Positions 35,276-44,284 of a DNA stretch of 64,000 nucleotides are shown here, piece after piece. Location: positions 60,184 to 124,183 of the IMG/VR virus record IMGVR_UViG_3300023184_003735. One strand, given 5' to 3'. The position numbers and the translations under genes are program-made. Under the pieces are notes generated by a model. It had not been told where the DNA came from. It saw nothing but the letters and a program-made list of their open reading frames with translations, and ran no database searches. Position 1 is the first letter of the stretch. Each line of letters starts with the position of its first letter. Origin of the DNA: a virus.

Positions 35276-35644
35276 TCATAAAGAAACTTGTTTGAGGTAT
35301 TGCTCACCTTCGCCAGTAACATACCAATACTCATTGTCATTGACAATGTATCCTAAATCTGCCAAACTATCCATAGCATTGTCAAAGGCTTGGGTGCGTG
35401 ACTCATCTTCTACATAGTCTAATCCTGACATGATGGCAGTATAGATTCCTTTTAGTATTAGAATTTTACCTAATCCTTTGCTTTGAAAGGTTGGATCTAA
35501 CTCTACTAAACTTCTTCCACTATCTGCATCGTATTGAAACGTTCCTGCATACTGCCCGTCAACATTCATTTCAACACCAATAGTATTACTACCTTTTGTT
35601 GTGTTAAAACTTAGTTTTGAACCGGCAATATCAGTAATACGCAT
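35276..35644 (-). CDS. GNAT-like protein encoded inside the tmRNA intervening segment
   Basis: SD AAGGAAG right after CCA; LDPTFQSKGLGK resembles acetyl-CoA motif A. Confidence 0.7.
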   Translation of the reverse strand: MRITDIAGSKLSFNTTKGSNTIGVEMNVDGQYAGTFQYDADSGRSLVELDPTFQSKGLGKILILKGIYTAIMSGLDYVEDESRTQAFDNAMDSLADLGYIVNDNEYWYVTGEGEQYLKQVSL

Positions 35645-35656
35645 CAAACTTCCTTA

Positions 35657-35720
35657 TGGTGGACCTGGGGGGATTCGCACCCCCGTCCAGAACACTTTTC
35701 TTGATAACAGTTTACGCTGT
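35657..35720 (-). ncRNA. ssrA: tmRNA acceptor piece (T-arm, acceptor 3' strand, CCA)
   Basis: TGTTCTGGACGGGGGTGCGAATCCCCCCAGGTCCACCA; pairs with GGGCCTG giving G3:U70; 5' end approximate. Confidence 0.88.
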
Positions 35721-35760
35721 TCAAGTATTTATTATACTATCAAATTGATTTGATGTCGAC

Positions 35761-35940
35761 CTATTTGGTACTCTGATTGCACGTGGCCACAATCTGTTTG
35801 TTTTGGGCCCGGAACTCTTCACGTTTCTGAACTCGGGCCTGCTCGCATTCCGCTTGGGTTTTGAACTTGGCTTGTTCGCCATACTCAGGCACTGGTCCCA
35901 AGACACTAAAACTCAACACCCAGATCAGAGTCCGGCTCAT
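35761..35940 (-). CDS. Small exported protein
   Basis: Hydrophobic N-terminus, FKTQAECEQA motif. Confidence 0.55.
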   Translation of the reverse strand: MSRTLIWVLSFSVLGPVPEYGEQAKFKTQAECEQARVQKREEFRAQNKQIVATCNQSTK

Positions 35941-35979
35941 AAACAATTCCCAAAACGGATTCAAGTCCGTGGGTAATAT

Positions 35980-36873
35980 TTATTGATTTTTAGGTTTTGT
36001 GTTGGCTATGCGTTCAAAGATTCGGATTTCTCGGTTGGCATACTCAGCGGCTTTCTTTGGGCCATGATTCAGCACAGTAAGGCCTGGCAAATCTCGAAAT
36101 TCAGAATTTACTGTGGCTTGTACCAAACGTGACATGGTCATCACAGCCTCTTGACCAGTATCTTGCCTGGCCCAAATAGCATACCAATTGTTGGTGTATG
36201 CGCCGGTGAATCCCAGTTCACCGGCAGTGGGCACAGCGGGCAATTGTGGCAGGCGTTGGTCTGCAAACACCAGCATCGGCCGAACTTGATTGTCTTTGAC
36301 ATATGGGGCAATGCCAGTGTGTGCCAAGACTCCGTATTCGGTATGTCCGGGTATGACATCATTCAGCATGGGTGCCAGGCCCTTGTACGGGATCAAGTTG
36401 AGCGGTGTAGGTGACTTTAGATCATTCAGCCAAACCTCACCTTGATTGGCAATGCCTACATTGATGGTGTCCCGGTTTCGAATCTGTTGTCGAATTCGAT
36501 TATCTGTGCTGGCAGTGAACAAGATGTAAGGACTTTCGCCAATCACCATGGCCGGCAAAAACTTTTGATATGTCGCAGTTCCCAACATAGCCGGGCCCAC
36601 AACAAATCCAGCGTCAGCAATGATAAATGTGTGATTGTCGTTGGCACGACCCAGTACATGTGTGGTGGCAACTGCAATGGCCGCACCCGGCATGTACTGA
36701 ACCTCAACTGGAAACGACACCCGGTCTTGAAAGTCTTTTTGTATGGCTCTGGCAAACTTGTCAACCAAGCCACCTGGCGGATATGGCACAATAAGTGTGA
36801 TGGGTCGTGTGGGCCATGCCCACACACTCAGTGACATTAACATAGCCACAATAAAAGTCAAAAGTTTTTTCAT
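35980..36873 (-). CDS. Bug/TctC tripartite tricarboxylate transporter substrate-binding protein
   Basis: Signal peptide; WPTRPITLIVPYPPGG..D..AR, IPYKG, RLPQLPAVPT. Confidence 0.9.
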   Translation of the reverse strand: MKKLLTFIVAMLMSLSVWAWPTRPITLIVPYPPGGLVDKFARAIQKDFQDRVSFPVEVQYMPGAAIAVATTHVLGRANDNHTFIIADAGFVVGPAMLGTATYQKFLPAMVIGESPYILFTASTDNRIRQQIRNRDTINVGIANQGEVWLNDLKSPTPLNLIPYKGLAPMLNDVIPGHTEYGVLAHTGIAPYVKDNQVRPMLVFADQRLPQLPAVPTAGELGFTGAYTNNWYAIWARQDTGQEAVMTMSRLVQATVNSEFRDLPGLTVLNHGPKKAAEYANREIRIFERIANTKPKNQ

Positions 36874-36875
36874 GT

Positions 36876-37736
36876 TTACATTCCTAGTATTTGTTTTGTT
36901 TCAGCAGGAGTTGCTAGTTCGCCGCCAAGATCGTCTATAAGCCTTGCCGCCTTTTGCACTAGTTGTGCATTGGTTTTTGCCAGTTCACCGTGACGAATAT
37001 AAATGTTGTCTTCCAAGCCCACTCTTGCATGTCCGCCATTGAGATATGACAGCGCCACAAATGGCATCTGCATCTGGCCTATGCCAAAGGCTGACCATGT
37101 TGCGGGGTTGGGCATGATTTGTTTGGCGTACTCTAGAGTGGCTGTGGTTGAATCCCAGCCCCATCGAATACCTGTGGCCAATTGTATGAATGGTATGTTA
37201 TTTATAGTACCATCTTCAATCAACATAGAAACAATGCGTAAATCACCACTGTCAAAACATTCCAACTCGGGCTTGACTCCGGCTGATTTCATTATGGCTG
37301 CCATCTCTCTTATGATCTTGATAGAATTTACAGTGATCTTTTTAGGGCCTCGGTTCATGGTGTTGAGATCAAGACTGCAAATTTCTGGCCGCAGTTCAAC
37401 CACATGACGAGTGCGCTGTTCTGCTGTGCAGAAACCTGGGTCCAACTCTCCAAACACCACATCACTTGATCCACTGGCACCCGGTCCACAAGTCAAATTG
37501 ATCAGCACACTATCATTCTGATCTCTGATGCGATCCACTACTTCTTTGTACAGTTCAAATCGCATGCTGGGTAATCCTTTTACAGGATCACGTACATGCA
37601 GATGCACTATAGCGGCACCTGCGTCTGCGGCCTCCAATGCACTCTGCGCGATTTGTTCAGGAGTGATGGGCAAGTATGGTGTTTGCTTGGGCAAAGTTCC
37701 ACTGCCAGTAACAGCACAAGTCAATATAGTTTTCAT
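36876..37736 (-). CDS. Beta-keto acid cleavage enzyme (BKACE/DUF849)
   Basis: TCAVTG, LPITPEQIA, AGAAIVHLHVRD, KPELECFD, RVGLEDN. Confidence 0.92.
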   Translation of the reverse strand: MKTILTCAVTGSGTLPKQTPYLPITPEQIAQSALEAADAGAAIVHLHVRDPVKGLPSMRFELYKEVVDRIRDQNDSVLINLTCGPGASGSSDVVFGELDPGFCTAEQRTRHVVELRPEICSLDLNTMNRGPKKITVNSIKIIREMAAIMKSAGVKPELECFDSGDLRIVSMLIEDGTINNIPFIQLATGIRWGWDSTTATLEYAKQIMPNPATWSAFGIGQMQMPFVALSYLNGGHARVGLEDNIYIRHGELAKTNAQLVQKAARLIDDLGGELATPAETKQILGM

Positions 37737-38479
37737 AATATGCGACCCCCGTCCACTACAAAACAATCTCCTGTGGCATAACGCATGGTCAAGGCCACTG
37801 ACTCTACTACTGCTGCCACATCCTCTGGAACAGCAATACGCTTTAGTGGAGTAGCCTCACTGGCTCGATCATAAAATTCTTGACCATGTGTTAAAAATCC
37901 TGTGTTGACAGAACTAGGGCAAATAGATACAACTCGAACAACAGGTGCCAACGCTAGTGCCAAGTTCTTGGTCATTGATTCTACACCTGCCTTGGCAGCC
38001 ACATAGGCAATGTTACTACCATGCCCAGGTTTTAATGCAGAAGCAGAACTGATGTTGACAATCAAGGCATGTTTACTTTGGGTCAATAAAGATTCAAATA
38101 CTCGCACTGTAGAAAATACTGCTCTGCAATTCATAATCAACATCTCATCAAAAAATTCATCACTCAACGTATCTAAATTTTTGTGTGGAATGGATTTGGA
38201 AAAGCCAGCTGAGTTGACCAATATATCGCAACGAGTCAAGTCACTGGCCAATGCTGTTAGTTCATCACTGTTTCTTACATCTGCTAACTTGACTTGATGT
38301 CCAGTTCCGGGCAGGGTGCTCATGAACTCAGCCAAGTCATCTAAATTGCGCCATGTAACTCCCACCACTTGAGCACCGCGTCGGGCAAGTGTGTGAGCAA
38401 TGGCCCTACCGATGCCACCATTGGCTCCTGTTACCACAGCAAGTTGTCCATTTAAATTTTCTAAAGATTCAAAAGTCAT
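37733..38479 (-). CDS. SDR family oxidoreductase
   Basis: TGANGGIG, VNSAG, YVAAK. Confidence 0.92.
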   Translation of the reverse strand: MTFESLENLNGQLAVVTGANGGIGRAIAHTLARRGAQVVGVTWRNLDDLAEFMSTLPGTGHQVKLADVRNSDELTALASDLTRCDILVNSAGFSKSIPHKNLDTLSDEFFDEMLIMNCRAVFSTVRVFESLLTQSKHALIVNISSASALKPGHGSNIAYVAAKAGVESMTKNLALALAPVVRVVSICPSSVNTGFLTHGQEFYDRASEATPLKRIAVPEDVAAVVESVALTMRYATGDCFVVDGGRIL

Positions 38480-38481
38480 GT

Positions 38482-39627
38482 TCACTCCAATTGATATGTA
38501 TTGATACAACCCTTGATACCGCGGGTCAAGTCAGTTGTGCTGTTTACCCAGTAATCACCTACTCTTGACAGCAATTCTTTGACACCGCCTTGGGCGTTGC
38601 GCACCGCTTCGGATGTGGTTTGATTCCAGAACCAGTTGTCTCTTTCAGACAACAACAAATTTTGTGGCTTGGGTGCCACAATGGTCGTTGGATCCCATCC
38701 AGGATAAATCACAGTGTGATATATGTCATTACGTAGATATCGGCCACTAAGTCGATGTTGGGGCAAATGTGCTCCACTCACATCTGAAAACCAGGGACTG
38801 TCTGCAGATTCTTGATTTAGTATTTTCATCAATACATGACTTTGTTTGGCCACAATAGGTGCTGTGTCTGGAGCCCAGTAAAACCATTCGTCAAAGTAAC
38901 CATTGTTGGCCATGGACTGTAAACGCAAGTTGGTTTCAGAGAACACATCAAGAAAACATGTATGCCATTTTCCGTCGAATACTTTTAGTCTGGGTTTTTC
39001 TGTGCCCCATAGGAAACACATCTTTTTGCCGCTGTCAATGATCTGTCGGTATTCATTCACATATTCTCTAATGTAAGACCGAGCCAAACTATTGGCAGAC
39101 ATAATGCCCTTGATGTTGTAGATGTAATCATACTTGACATCTGGCCGCAAATAAATGTCGCTGATAATTTCACTAATGTCTACCACACGATGTTCGATGC
39201 CCGGATGTTGTTCAAGTATCTGTTGTGTCTTTGGTATGGCAGTGTAGAACACTTCTTCATTGATCACACTGTGTCGGTCTTTGTCTGCATCGTAACTCAC
39301 AAACTGTGCAATTTCATCCACCTTGATATTGTTCTTGAGAAACGCATTTAACATGCACCAGCCGTCAGGGCCACCACCGTACCATACTACAACATAGTCG
39401 TAGTTGTCTCGTATCTGTTGAGCCCGCTGTCGGTACAACTCGTCCAATGACTCTACAGGTTCTTTTGTCCAGTCAAACTTGCTGTAGGTTTCTTTATTGA
39501 AGTGCCAATCTAAGTGAACTCCTGTTCGCTTCATTTCTTCAATGGCCAGTAATTTACTGTAGGTTTTGAAGTTTTCTCCAACTGTATAATAACCAAATTG
39601 GTCACCAGAGTAAGTGTTAGTAAAAAT
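38482..39627 (-). CDS. Hypothetical protein with degenerate PP-loop (YGGGPD); probable ATT start
   Basis: Open frame extends 31 codons upstream of track ATG to an ATT 5 nt after SD AGGAG. Confidence 0.65.
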   Translation of the reverse strand: MFTNTYSGDQFGYYTVGENFKTYSKLLAIEEMKRTGVHLDWHFNKETYSKFDWTKEPVESLDELYRQRAQQIRDNYDYVVVWYGGGPDGWCMLNAFLKNNIKVDEIAQFVSYDADKDRHSVINEEVFYTAIPKTQQILEQHPGIEHRVVDISEIISDIYLRPDVKYDYIYNIKGIMSANSLARSYIREYVNEYRQIIDSGKKMCFLWGTEKPRLKVFDGKWHTCFLDVFSETNLRLQSMANNGYFDEWFYWAPDTAPIVAKQSHVLMKILNQESADSPWFSDVSGAHLPQHRLSGRYLRNDIYHTVIYPGWDPTTIVAPKPQNLLLSERDNWFWNQTTSEAVRNAQGGVKELLSRVGDYWVNSTTDLTRGIKGCINTYQLE

Positions 39628-39636
39628 GTTGACTCC

Positions 39637-40716
39637 TTAAAATTGAGTGCTCAAGTAACTTCTTGAAACTTTTCCCGAAGGTGCCAATGGAATAGAGTCA
39701 ACTGCTTGCACAAATTTGGGTCGGCAATAATTTCCCAAACTATATAAGAAATCGTCAATAGCGGTTGAATCGCAAGTGCCAACATACAGGCAACGCACAT
39801 CATGTTCACCAAAAATAACACACTCTGCCAAGCCCGACACATTTGCCAACAGTTGATTTTCTAAACTTACTGGATTGAGTTTAATTCCTCGCACGTTGAT
39901 TTGATCTCGGCTTCGTCCTAGTATTCTATAGTACCCGGCGTCATCTTGATCAGCAAGGTCTCCAGTGTCGTACCATCCATCAGTTGAAACTGTGGCACCT
40001 TTGATCAGCAAGTGTCCTTGTTCTATCTTGGCGTCAATTCCATCAGGAAGGCCAACAGTGCCCACACGTTGTTCACCATGCAATGGATTGGTAAAACAAT
40101 GACTCAAGGCCTCGGTCATACCAAATGCTTCTACCACAGGTACATTAAATTTTTCTACTAATGCACTATACAAAGCAGGAGACAACGGGGCACTGGCTGA
40201 TCTTATGAATCTCAAATGATCAAAATCAAACTGTCCTGCAACCTTTAACACATCTGGAATAGCAGTGATAAACGTAGGATCAAACGCCGACATACTCTTG
40301 ATATTTTTTATAGACAAGTAATTAGTTTCACACCGGGCTCGTTGTGCGGCCCAGTAAAACCCTTGTCCATGCGCATGCCATAATCCCATGATGCTAACAT
40401 ATCTATCATTGGCCGATAACTCATATGTATTACATATTTTTTCTGCCAACAAGTCTACTTGTGCCTGTGAAAAACTACAGAACTTGCTGTCGCCTGTGGT
40501 TCCGCTGGTATACCACAGCACTTTTTCATTGCTGTAAGACCCACCATCTCTCCAGTGTTCCCCTTGCTCATCAATCAACAAACTCCAGTCAGCACGATCC
40601 AACAAGTATTGTTTTCTTGCTGGTGTGCTGGCAGGGTTTATGATCATGATGCTGTAATCCGGCAACTGCGGAATCCACTGCTCAGGATTGCTGGTGCAGA
40701 TTACCGCTCGCTTCAT
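39637..40716 (-). CDS. AMP-dependent synthetase/acyl-CoA ligase (short form)
   Basis: YTSGTTGDSK, AFGMTE, YDTGD, GRSRDQI, SGKV. Confidence 0.9.
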   Translation of the reverse strand: MKRAVICTSNPEQWIPQLPDYSIMIINPASTPARKQYLLDRADWSLLIDEQGEHWRDGGSYSNEKVLWYTSGTTGDSKFCSFSQAQVDLLAEKICNTYELSANDRYVSIMGLWHAHGQGFYWAAQRARCETNYLSIKNIKSMSAFDPTFITAIPDVLKVAGQFDFDHLRFIRSASAPLSPALYSALVEKFNVPVVEAFGMTEALSHCFTNPLHGEQRVGTVGLPDGIDAKIEQGHLLIKGATVSTDGWYDTGDLADQDDAGYYRILGRSRDQINVRGIKLNPVSLENQLLANVSGLAECVIFGEHDVRCLYVGTCDSTAIDDFLYSLGNYCRPKFVQAVDSIPLAPSGKVSRSYLSTQF

Positions 40717-40958
40717 GCTGTTTGTAGTTCGGGATTGGTGATTTCTTTACCGGCGTCGATCCTGTTCCATGCACGTTCGTGAAAATAATACAGGACGCTG
40801 TTGACCACAAGAGCAAATGATACCACTCCCAGACCCACTTGCCACGAACCACTGGCCAACCAACCACCAACAAAGTTGGTGATGGTAACAAGAATTCGCC
40901 AGGTTACGACTTTACCAAGGCTGCGGACGGCCTTCTCTACAAATTTTGTTTGAAACAT
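40713..40958 (-). CDS. DUF2061-like membrane protein
   Basis: RSLGKVVTWRI...YYFHERAW. Confidence 0.8.
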   Translation of the reverse strand: MFQTKFVEKAVRSLGKVVTWRILVTITNFVGGWLASGSWQVGLGVVSFALVVNSVLYYFHERAWNRIDAGKEITNPELQTA

Positions 40959-41126
40959 TTGGATTCCTCTTAAATTAAATTATAACTTAAAAGCTGGCAG
41001 ATTGTCAAGCGATATCTGCTACGGTTGGCGTTCTGAGTGTAACACATCAGTAAAGGAGTTTCACTACTCCGGGCGTCAATTTTGGTCCGACGTCGGTCCT
41101 TACCGGCGTTGCAAAATTATTTATAA

Positions 41127-41150
41127 GAAAGCGGCCGAAGCCGCTTGTTT
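41127..41150. terminator. Terminator hairpin after dctP-like gene
   Basis: AAGCGGC-TTCG-GCCGCTT on minus strand with flanking T-rich runs. Confidence 0.65.
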
Positions 41151-42125
41151 TTAGTGTCTAGTTTGTCTAATGCGTTTTATCAAATCAGGTGTGAAGAAAT
41201 ATTTAGTTTTAACATAAGTCATTTGAGATTTGTGTTTTAATGTTTGTGTGTCTTCTTCTGAGATGTCAGTAATCGTAACACCATTGGTTTTGGCATTTTG
41301 TTCAAACTGTTCGGCATCTTGAATGCTCCATTCACGCTCTTTACGTGATGCAACAAGTGCAGATTGCTGGAATGCTTTCTGTTGCTGTTCAGTTAACGAA
41401 TCCCAAAACTTGTTGCTAACAACAATGGTTGTCATAAACATTGAATGATTAGTTTTCAGAACATGTTTACCGTTGAATCGTAGATATGTGGTTTCTACTG
41501 CATCGGCTTCGCCTTTGCCCAATAAATCATATTTGTTCCAAAGATTGGGAGGAACTGGAACTGCTGTCCCGCCCATGCTTTCAATCGTAGTACCCAGTGT
41601 GATTGGATTTTGAACAACGATGCGTTTATCTTTTAATTCATCCAAAGTTAAAATAGGTTCATCGCTGCCAATAACACGGTAACCACCGGAGTAGGTAAAT
41701 GCCAAGCCAGTTACTCCTGACTTCTGTCCTAAGTTATAACATAATTCTTGTCCGATTGGTCCTTCCAACGTTTCACTCACATGATCATGATCGTCAAATA
41801 TAAATGGCAAGTCAAGAGCATGGAAATCTGAATATAATTCTCCAACTTGACCCACTTGTATCTGGCTCATTTCTATTTCACTATCAAATAGTGCTTGCCA
41901 AAAACTTTTAATAGCATTATCAGTATCAACGTCTGCTTGATCTAACGTTTCCAAATTGGGAATTGCACGATATTTTTCTTTATATTCTGGATAAGTTAAA
42001 ATTTCAACTTCTAGTTCACCAGCACAATGTTTGTTGAGTTCTTTGCTAAAGGCTCGAGCAGTACGCACAAATAACTCTTGCGGTTGATGTGCAATAAGCC
42101 ATCTGATTTTACGGGGGTTTGACAT
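41151..42125 (-). CDS. TRAP transporter solute-binding protein (DctP family), no signal peptide
   Basis: ALDLPFIFDDHDH, SGGYRVI, LDELKDKRI, SNKFWDSLTEQQQ. Confidence 0.82.
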   Translation of the reverse strand: MSNPRKIRWLIAHQPQELFVRTARAFSKELNKHCAGELEVEILTYPEYKEKYRAIPNLETLDQADVDTDNAIKSFWQALFDSEIEMSQIQVGQVGELYSDFHALDLPFIFDDHDHVSETLEGPIGQELCYNLGQKSGVTGLAFTYSGGYRVIGSDEPILTLDELKDKRIVVQNPITLGTTIESMGGTAVPVPPNLWNKYDLLGKGEADAVETTYLRFNGKHVLKTNHSMFMTTIVVSNKFWDSLTEQQQKAFQQSALVASRKEREWSIQDAEQFEQNAKTNGVTITDISEEDTQTLKHKSQMTYVKTKYFFTPDLIKRIRQTRH

Positions 42126-42157
42126 GTGTATCTCCTGGGGGTTTGTATAATTATTTA

Positions 42158-42679
42158 TCAATCATCGTTACATTCTTTTGGAATCCAGCCCAGTTTAAAC
42201 AAATCCTCGCGTATTTGATCCGTTACTGTACCTTCTGGTACATGCCCTAGATCTACCCAGGCCTCATCAGGCTCGCCTTGTATGCCCGAACAGTACCAGT
42301 TGATGTAGTCACCCGATTCACACATGTCTGCTACAATACCTCCAGCATAGCGCCACGAACATGACCAAGTCTCACCTTTCAGCAAGGGCCAAACCGCATT
42401 GCGTTGCCAGTCTTGATTACACATGGCCGCATACAAGTTTTGAGCATAGGTTTTATTACTTTTGGCTCGGTCACAGATCCACTTGGTACTACGTAAGTCA
42501 TACTCTAGATTGTCTTTTTGCCACTCAGGATCCTGCATCCGTTCTTGATCTTGTTGCCGCAGGGTTCGGAACAATTCCATGCGATCCTCGCTTGGCGCAT
42601 GTCCTTCTATTTTGCACTGATCCAGGTAGTTATTTTCTATGAATTTGCCACGGTCAGGACTGGAATTTATTTTCGACAA
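42158..42679 (-). CDS. Hypothetical phage protein
   Basis: YAQNLYAAMCN, WSCSWRYAGGIVAD, GDYINWYCSG. Confidence 0.75.
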   Translation of the reverse strand: MSKINSSPDRGKFIENNYLDQCKIEGHAPSEDRMELFRTLRQQDQERMQDPEWQKDNLEYDLRSTKWICDRAKSNKTYAQNLYAAMCNQDWQRNAVWPLLKGETWSCSWRYAGGIVADMCESGDYINWYCSGIQGEPDEAWVDLGHVPEGTVTDQIREDLFKLGWIPKECNDD

Positions 42680-42680
42680 G

Positions 42681-42857
42681 TTAGCCTCCTCGGCCAGTGA
42701 CCTTTCGCATGGGTCGTCCAGCCGCGCTTGGAGTGCCTCGCTTGGCGGCCTTTTGTTGAGTTTTACTGAGTTTGGTGTCAGGGTGAGCAGTTTGTTGTTT
42801 TTTGGCCAGTGCCTCTTTCACAGCATCTGCAAGTTTTACGGGTTTAGTGGGTTCCAT
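42681..42857 (-). CDS. Small basic protein
   Basis: SD GGAGG; Lys-rich. Confidence 0.6.
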   Translation of the reverse strand: MEPTKPVKLADAVKEALAKKQQTAHPDTKLSKTQQKAAKRGTPSAAGRPMRKVTGRGG

Positions 42858-42875
42858 AGTTGCCTCCAAAAATAT

Positions 42876-43088
42876 TTAGCGGCGTTGCATGTTCTGCCAA
42901 GTTAACCAGCCTTGGAATGCGTTATATACTGTTTCGGCTTCTTGGTCATCTATTGGAACCGGCTTGCCACGCACATAAAAGCCATCGGGGGATATTTTCA
43001 GTATTTCGTCGTTGCCTGCAATGTAAAAACTGATGGTGTTTTCTTTAGCAGGTGTATGGATTTGAAGTGCGTCATTAAGTTCGGTCAT
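42876..43088 (-). CDS. Hypothetical protein
   Basis: SD AAGGA after tRNA-Arg. Confidence 0.65.
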   Translation of the reverse strand: MTELNDALQIHTPAKENTISFYIAGNDEILKISPDGFYVRGKPVPIDDQEAETVYNAFQGWLTWQNMQRR

Positions 43089-43098
43089 AGTATTCCTT

Positions 43099-43173
43099 TG
43101 GTCCGGCGTAGTGGAATCGAACCACTATTATCTCTTTAGAAGAAAGATGTCCTATCCGTTGAACGAACGCCAG
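43099..43173 (-). tRNA. tRNA-Arg(TCT)
   Basis: TCTTT-CT TCT AA-AGAGA; ACCA. Confidence 0.9.
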
Positions 43174-43177
43174 TGAA

Positions 43178-43252
43178 TGGTGCCTTGGGAGGGACTTGAA
43201 CCCCCACTCGGTCGATTATGAGTCGACTGTTTCACCTTTAAACTACCAAGGC
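43178..43252 (-). tRNA. tRNA(CAT), Ile2 or Met
   Basis: GTCGA-CT CAT AA-TCGAC; ACCA; TTGACA-N17-TATAGT promoter upstream. Confidence 0.85.
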
Positions 43253-43284
43253 ACACTGTACTATAACAGGAAACCTATTTAGTG

Positions 43285-43593
43285 TCAAGCCCGGTACCAA
43301 ACAATGTCGTCTTTTAATCTAAGAGTTTCTGCACCGTCGTATTCGTTTATGATAAATTCGGTGCCCACAGGCAACCACTCGATTTCCAAGTCGCGCATGC
43401 CGCCAAGATAGATGTTGGGATATTTCAGTTTGACGTAGACTTCAAGTTCTTCCCATTTGTTGTGTTCTACAAATTCCACTATGGCAGGGTCAAACAAGAT
43501 TTCTTCGTTTTCGGAATTCCAAGTTGACCAGCCAGCGCCATTCCCTGGTGATATCAGTACTGCCACCTGGCCATTGCGAATCAGTTTGTTCAC
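43285..43593 (-). CDS. Hypothetical phage protein
   Basis: GQVAVLISPGNGAGWSTW...FIINEYDGAE. Confidence 0.7.
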   Translation of the reverse strand: MNKLIRNGQVAVLISPGNGAGWSTWNSENEEILFDPAIVEFVEHNKWEELEVYVKLKYPNIYLGGMRDLEIEWLPVGTEFIINEYDGAETLRLKDDIVWYRA

Positions 43594-43859
43594 TTCAAGT
43601 CGCCCCGGAGGGTGTGCCACACCACAGGATCGCATCCAAGATAGATGCGGTATTTCACATTGTTACGCCAACGAGTGAACTGATTGATTTGGCGCTCAAC
43701 AAAATTAAACATACTATCACGAAACCAAAACGGATTCAGTATGGCCGCAATCATGGCAATGGCCAGGGGTGGCATGACAACTGCCACAGTGACCCAATGG
43801 AAACTCATGGCACGATAGAATCGGCCACCCTCGGGAGTGAGTGTAATCTCTTTGTTCAT
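43590..43859 (-). CDS. Membrane protein
   Basis: One TM segment, overlaps neighbours. Confidence 0.6.
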   Translation of the reverse strand: MNKEITLTPEGGRFYRAMSFHWVTVAVVMPPLAIAMIAAILNPFWFRDSMFNFVERQINQFTRWRNNVKYRIYLGCDPVVWHTLRGDLK

Positions 43860-44053
43860 CGCTGTACCTTTCTGCATTCAAAAACGCCGGGAAACATCTT
43901 GTTCTCCCGCACTAACCGATCCATGTATACAATCATGGAGGTTCGGGTCTTTTCGCAGTCCTCTAGTTCTCTAAACTGACTCATGCGCTCTATGTGAAAA
44001 CCCGGAATGCCGGCCTGCGTGGTAACCAAAAATGTAAATATTAATTCGTACAT
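43856..44053 (-). CDS. Hypothetical protein
   Basis: 65 aa in operon. Confidence 0.55.
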   Translation of the reverse strand: MYELIFTFLVTTQAGIPGFHIERMSQFRELEDCEKTRTSMIVYMDRLVRENKMFPGVFECRKVQR

Positions 44054-44277
44054 GGTTCATATCCTAAGTTTGTTGCATATTCTCGAATGGTAGGTGCCCC
44101 GTTCAACCCATCTTCATCAGTGAATACGGGTTTGCTGGCAATGGTATAACCATCGTAAAATGATATAGACCAAGCAGGTCGACCATAACTTTGACAAGGC
44201 CTGGCCTGCCCCACTCGCCGACCATTTACATAGGGTGGCCGATCAATGCTGACGAGATACTGACTGACTTGATTCAT
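44041..44277 (-). CDS. Hypothetical protein
   Basis: 78 aa in operon. Confidence 0.55.
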   Translation of the reverse strand: MNQVSQYLVSIDRPPYVNGRRVGQARPCQSYGRPAWSISFYDGYTIASKPVFTDEDGLNGAPTIREYATNLGYEPCTN

Positions 44278-44284
44278 AGTACAC

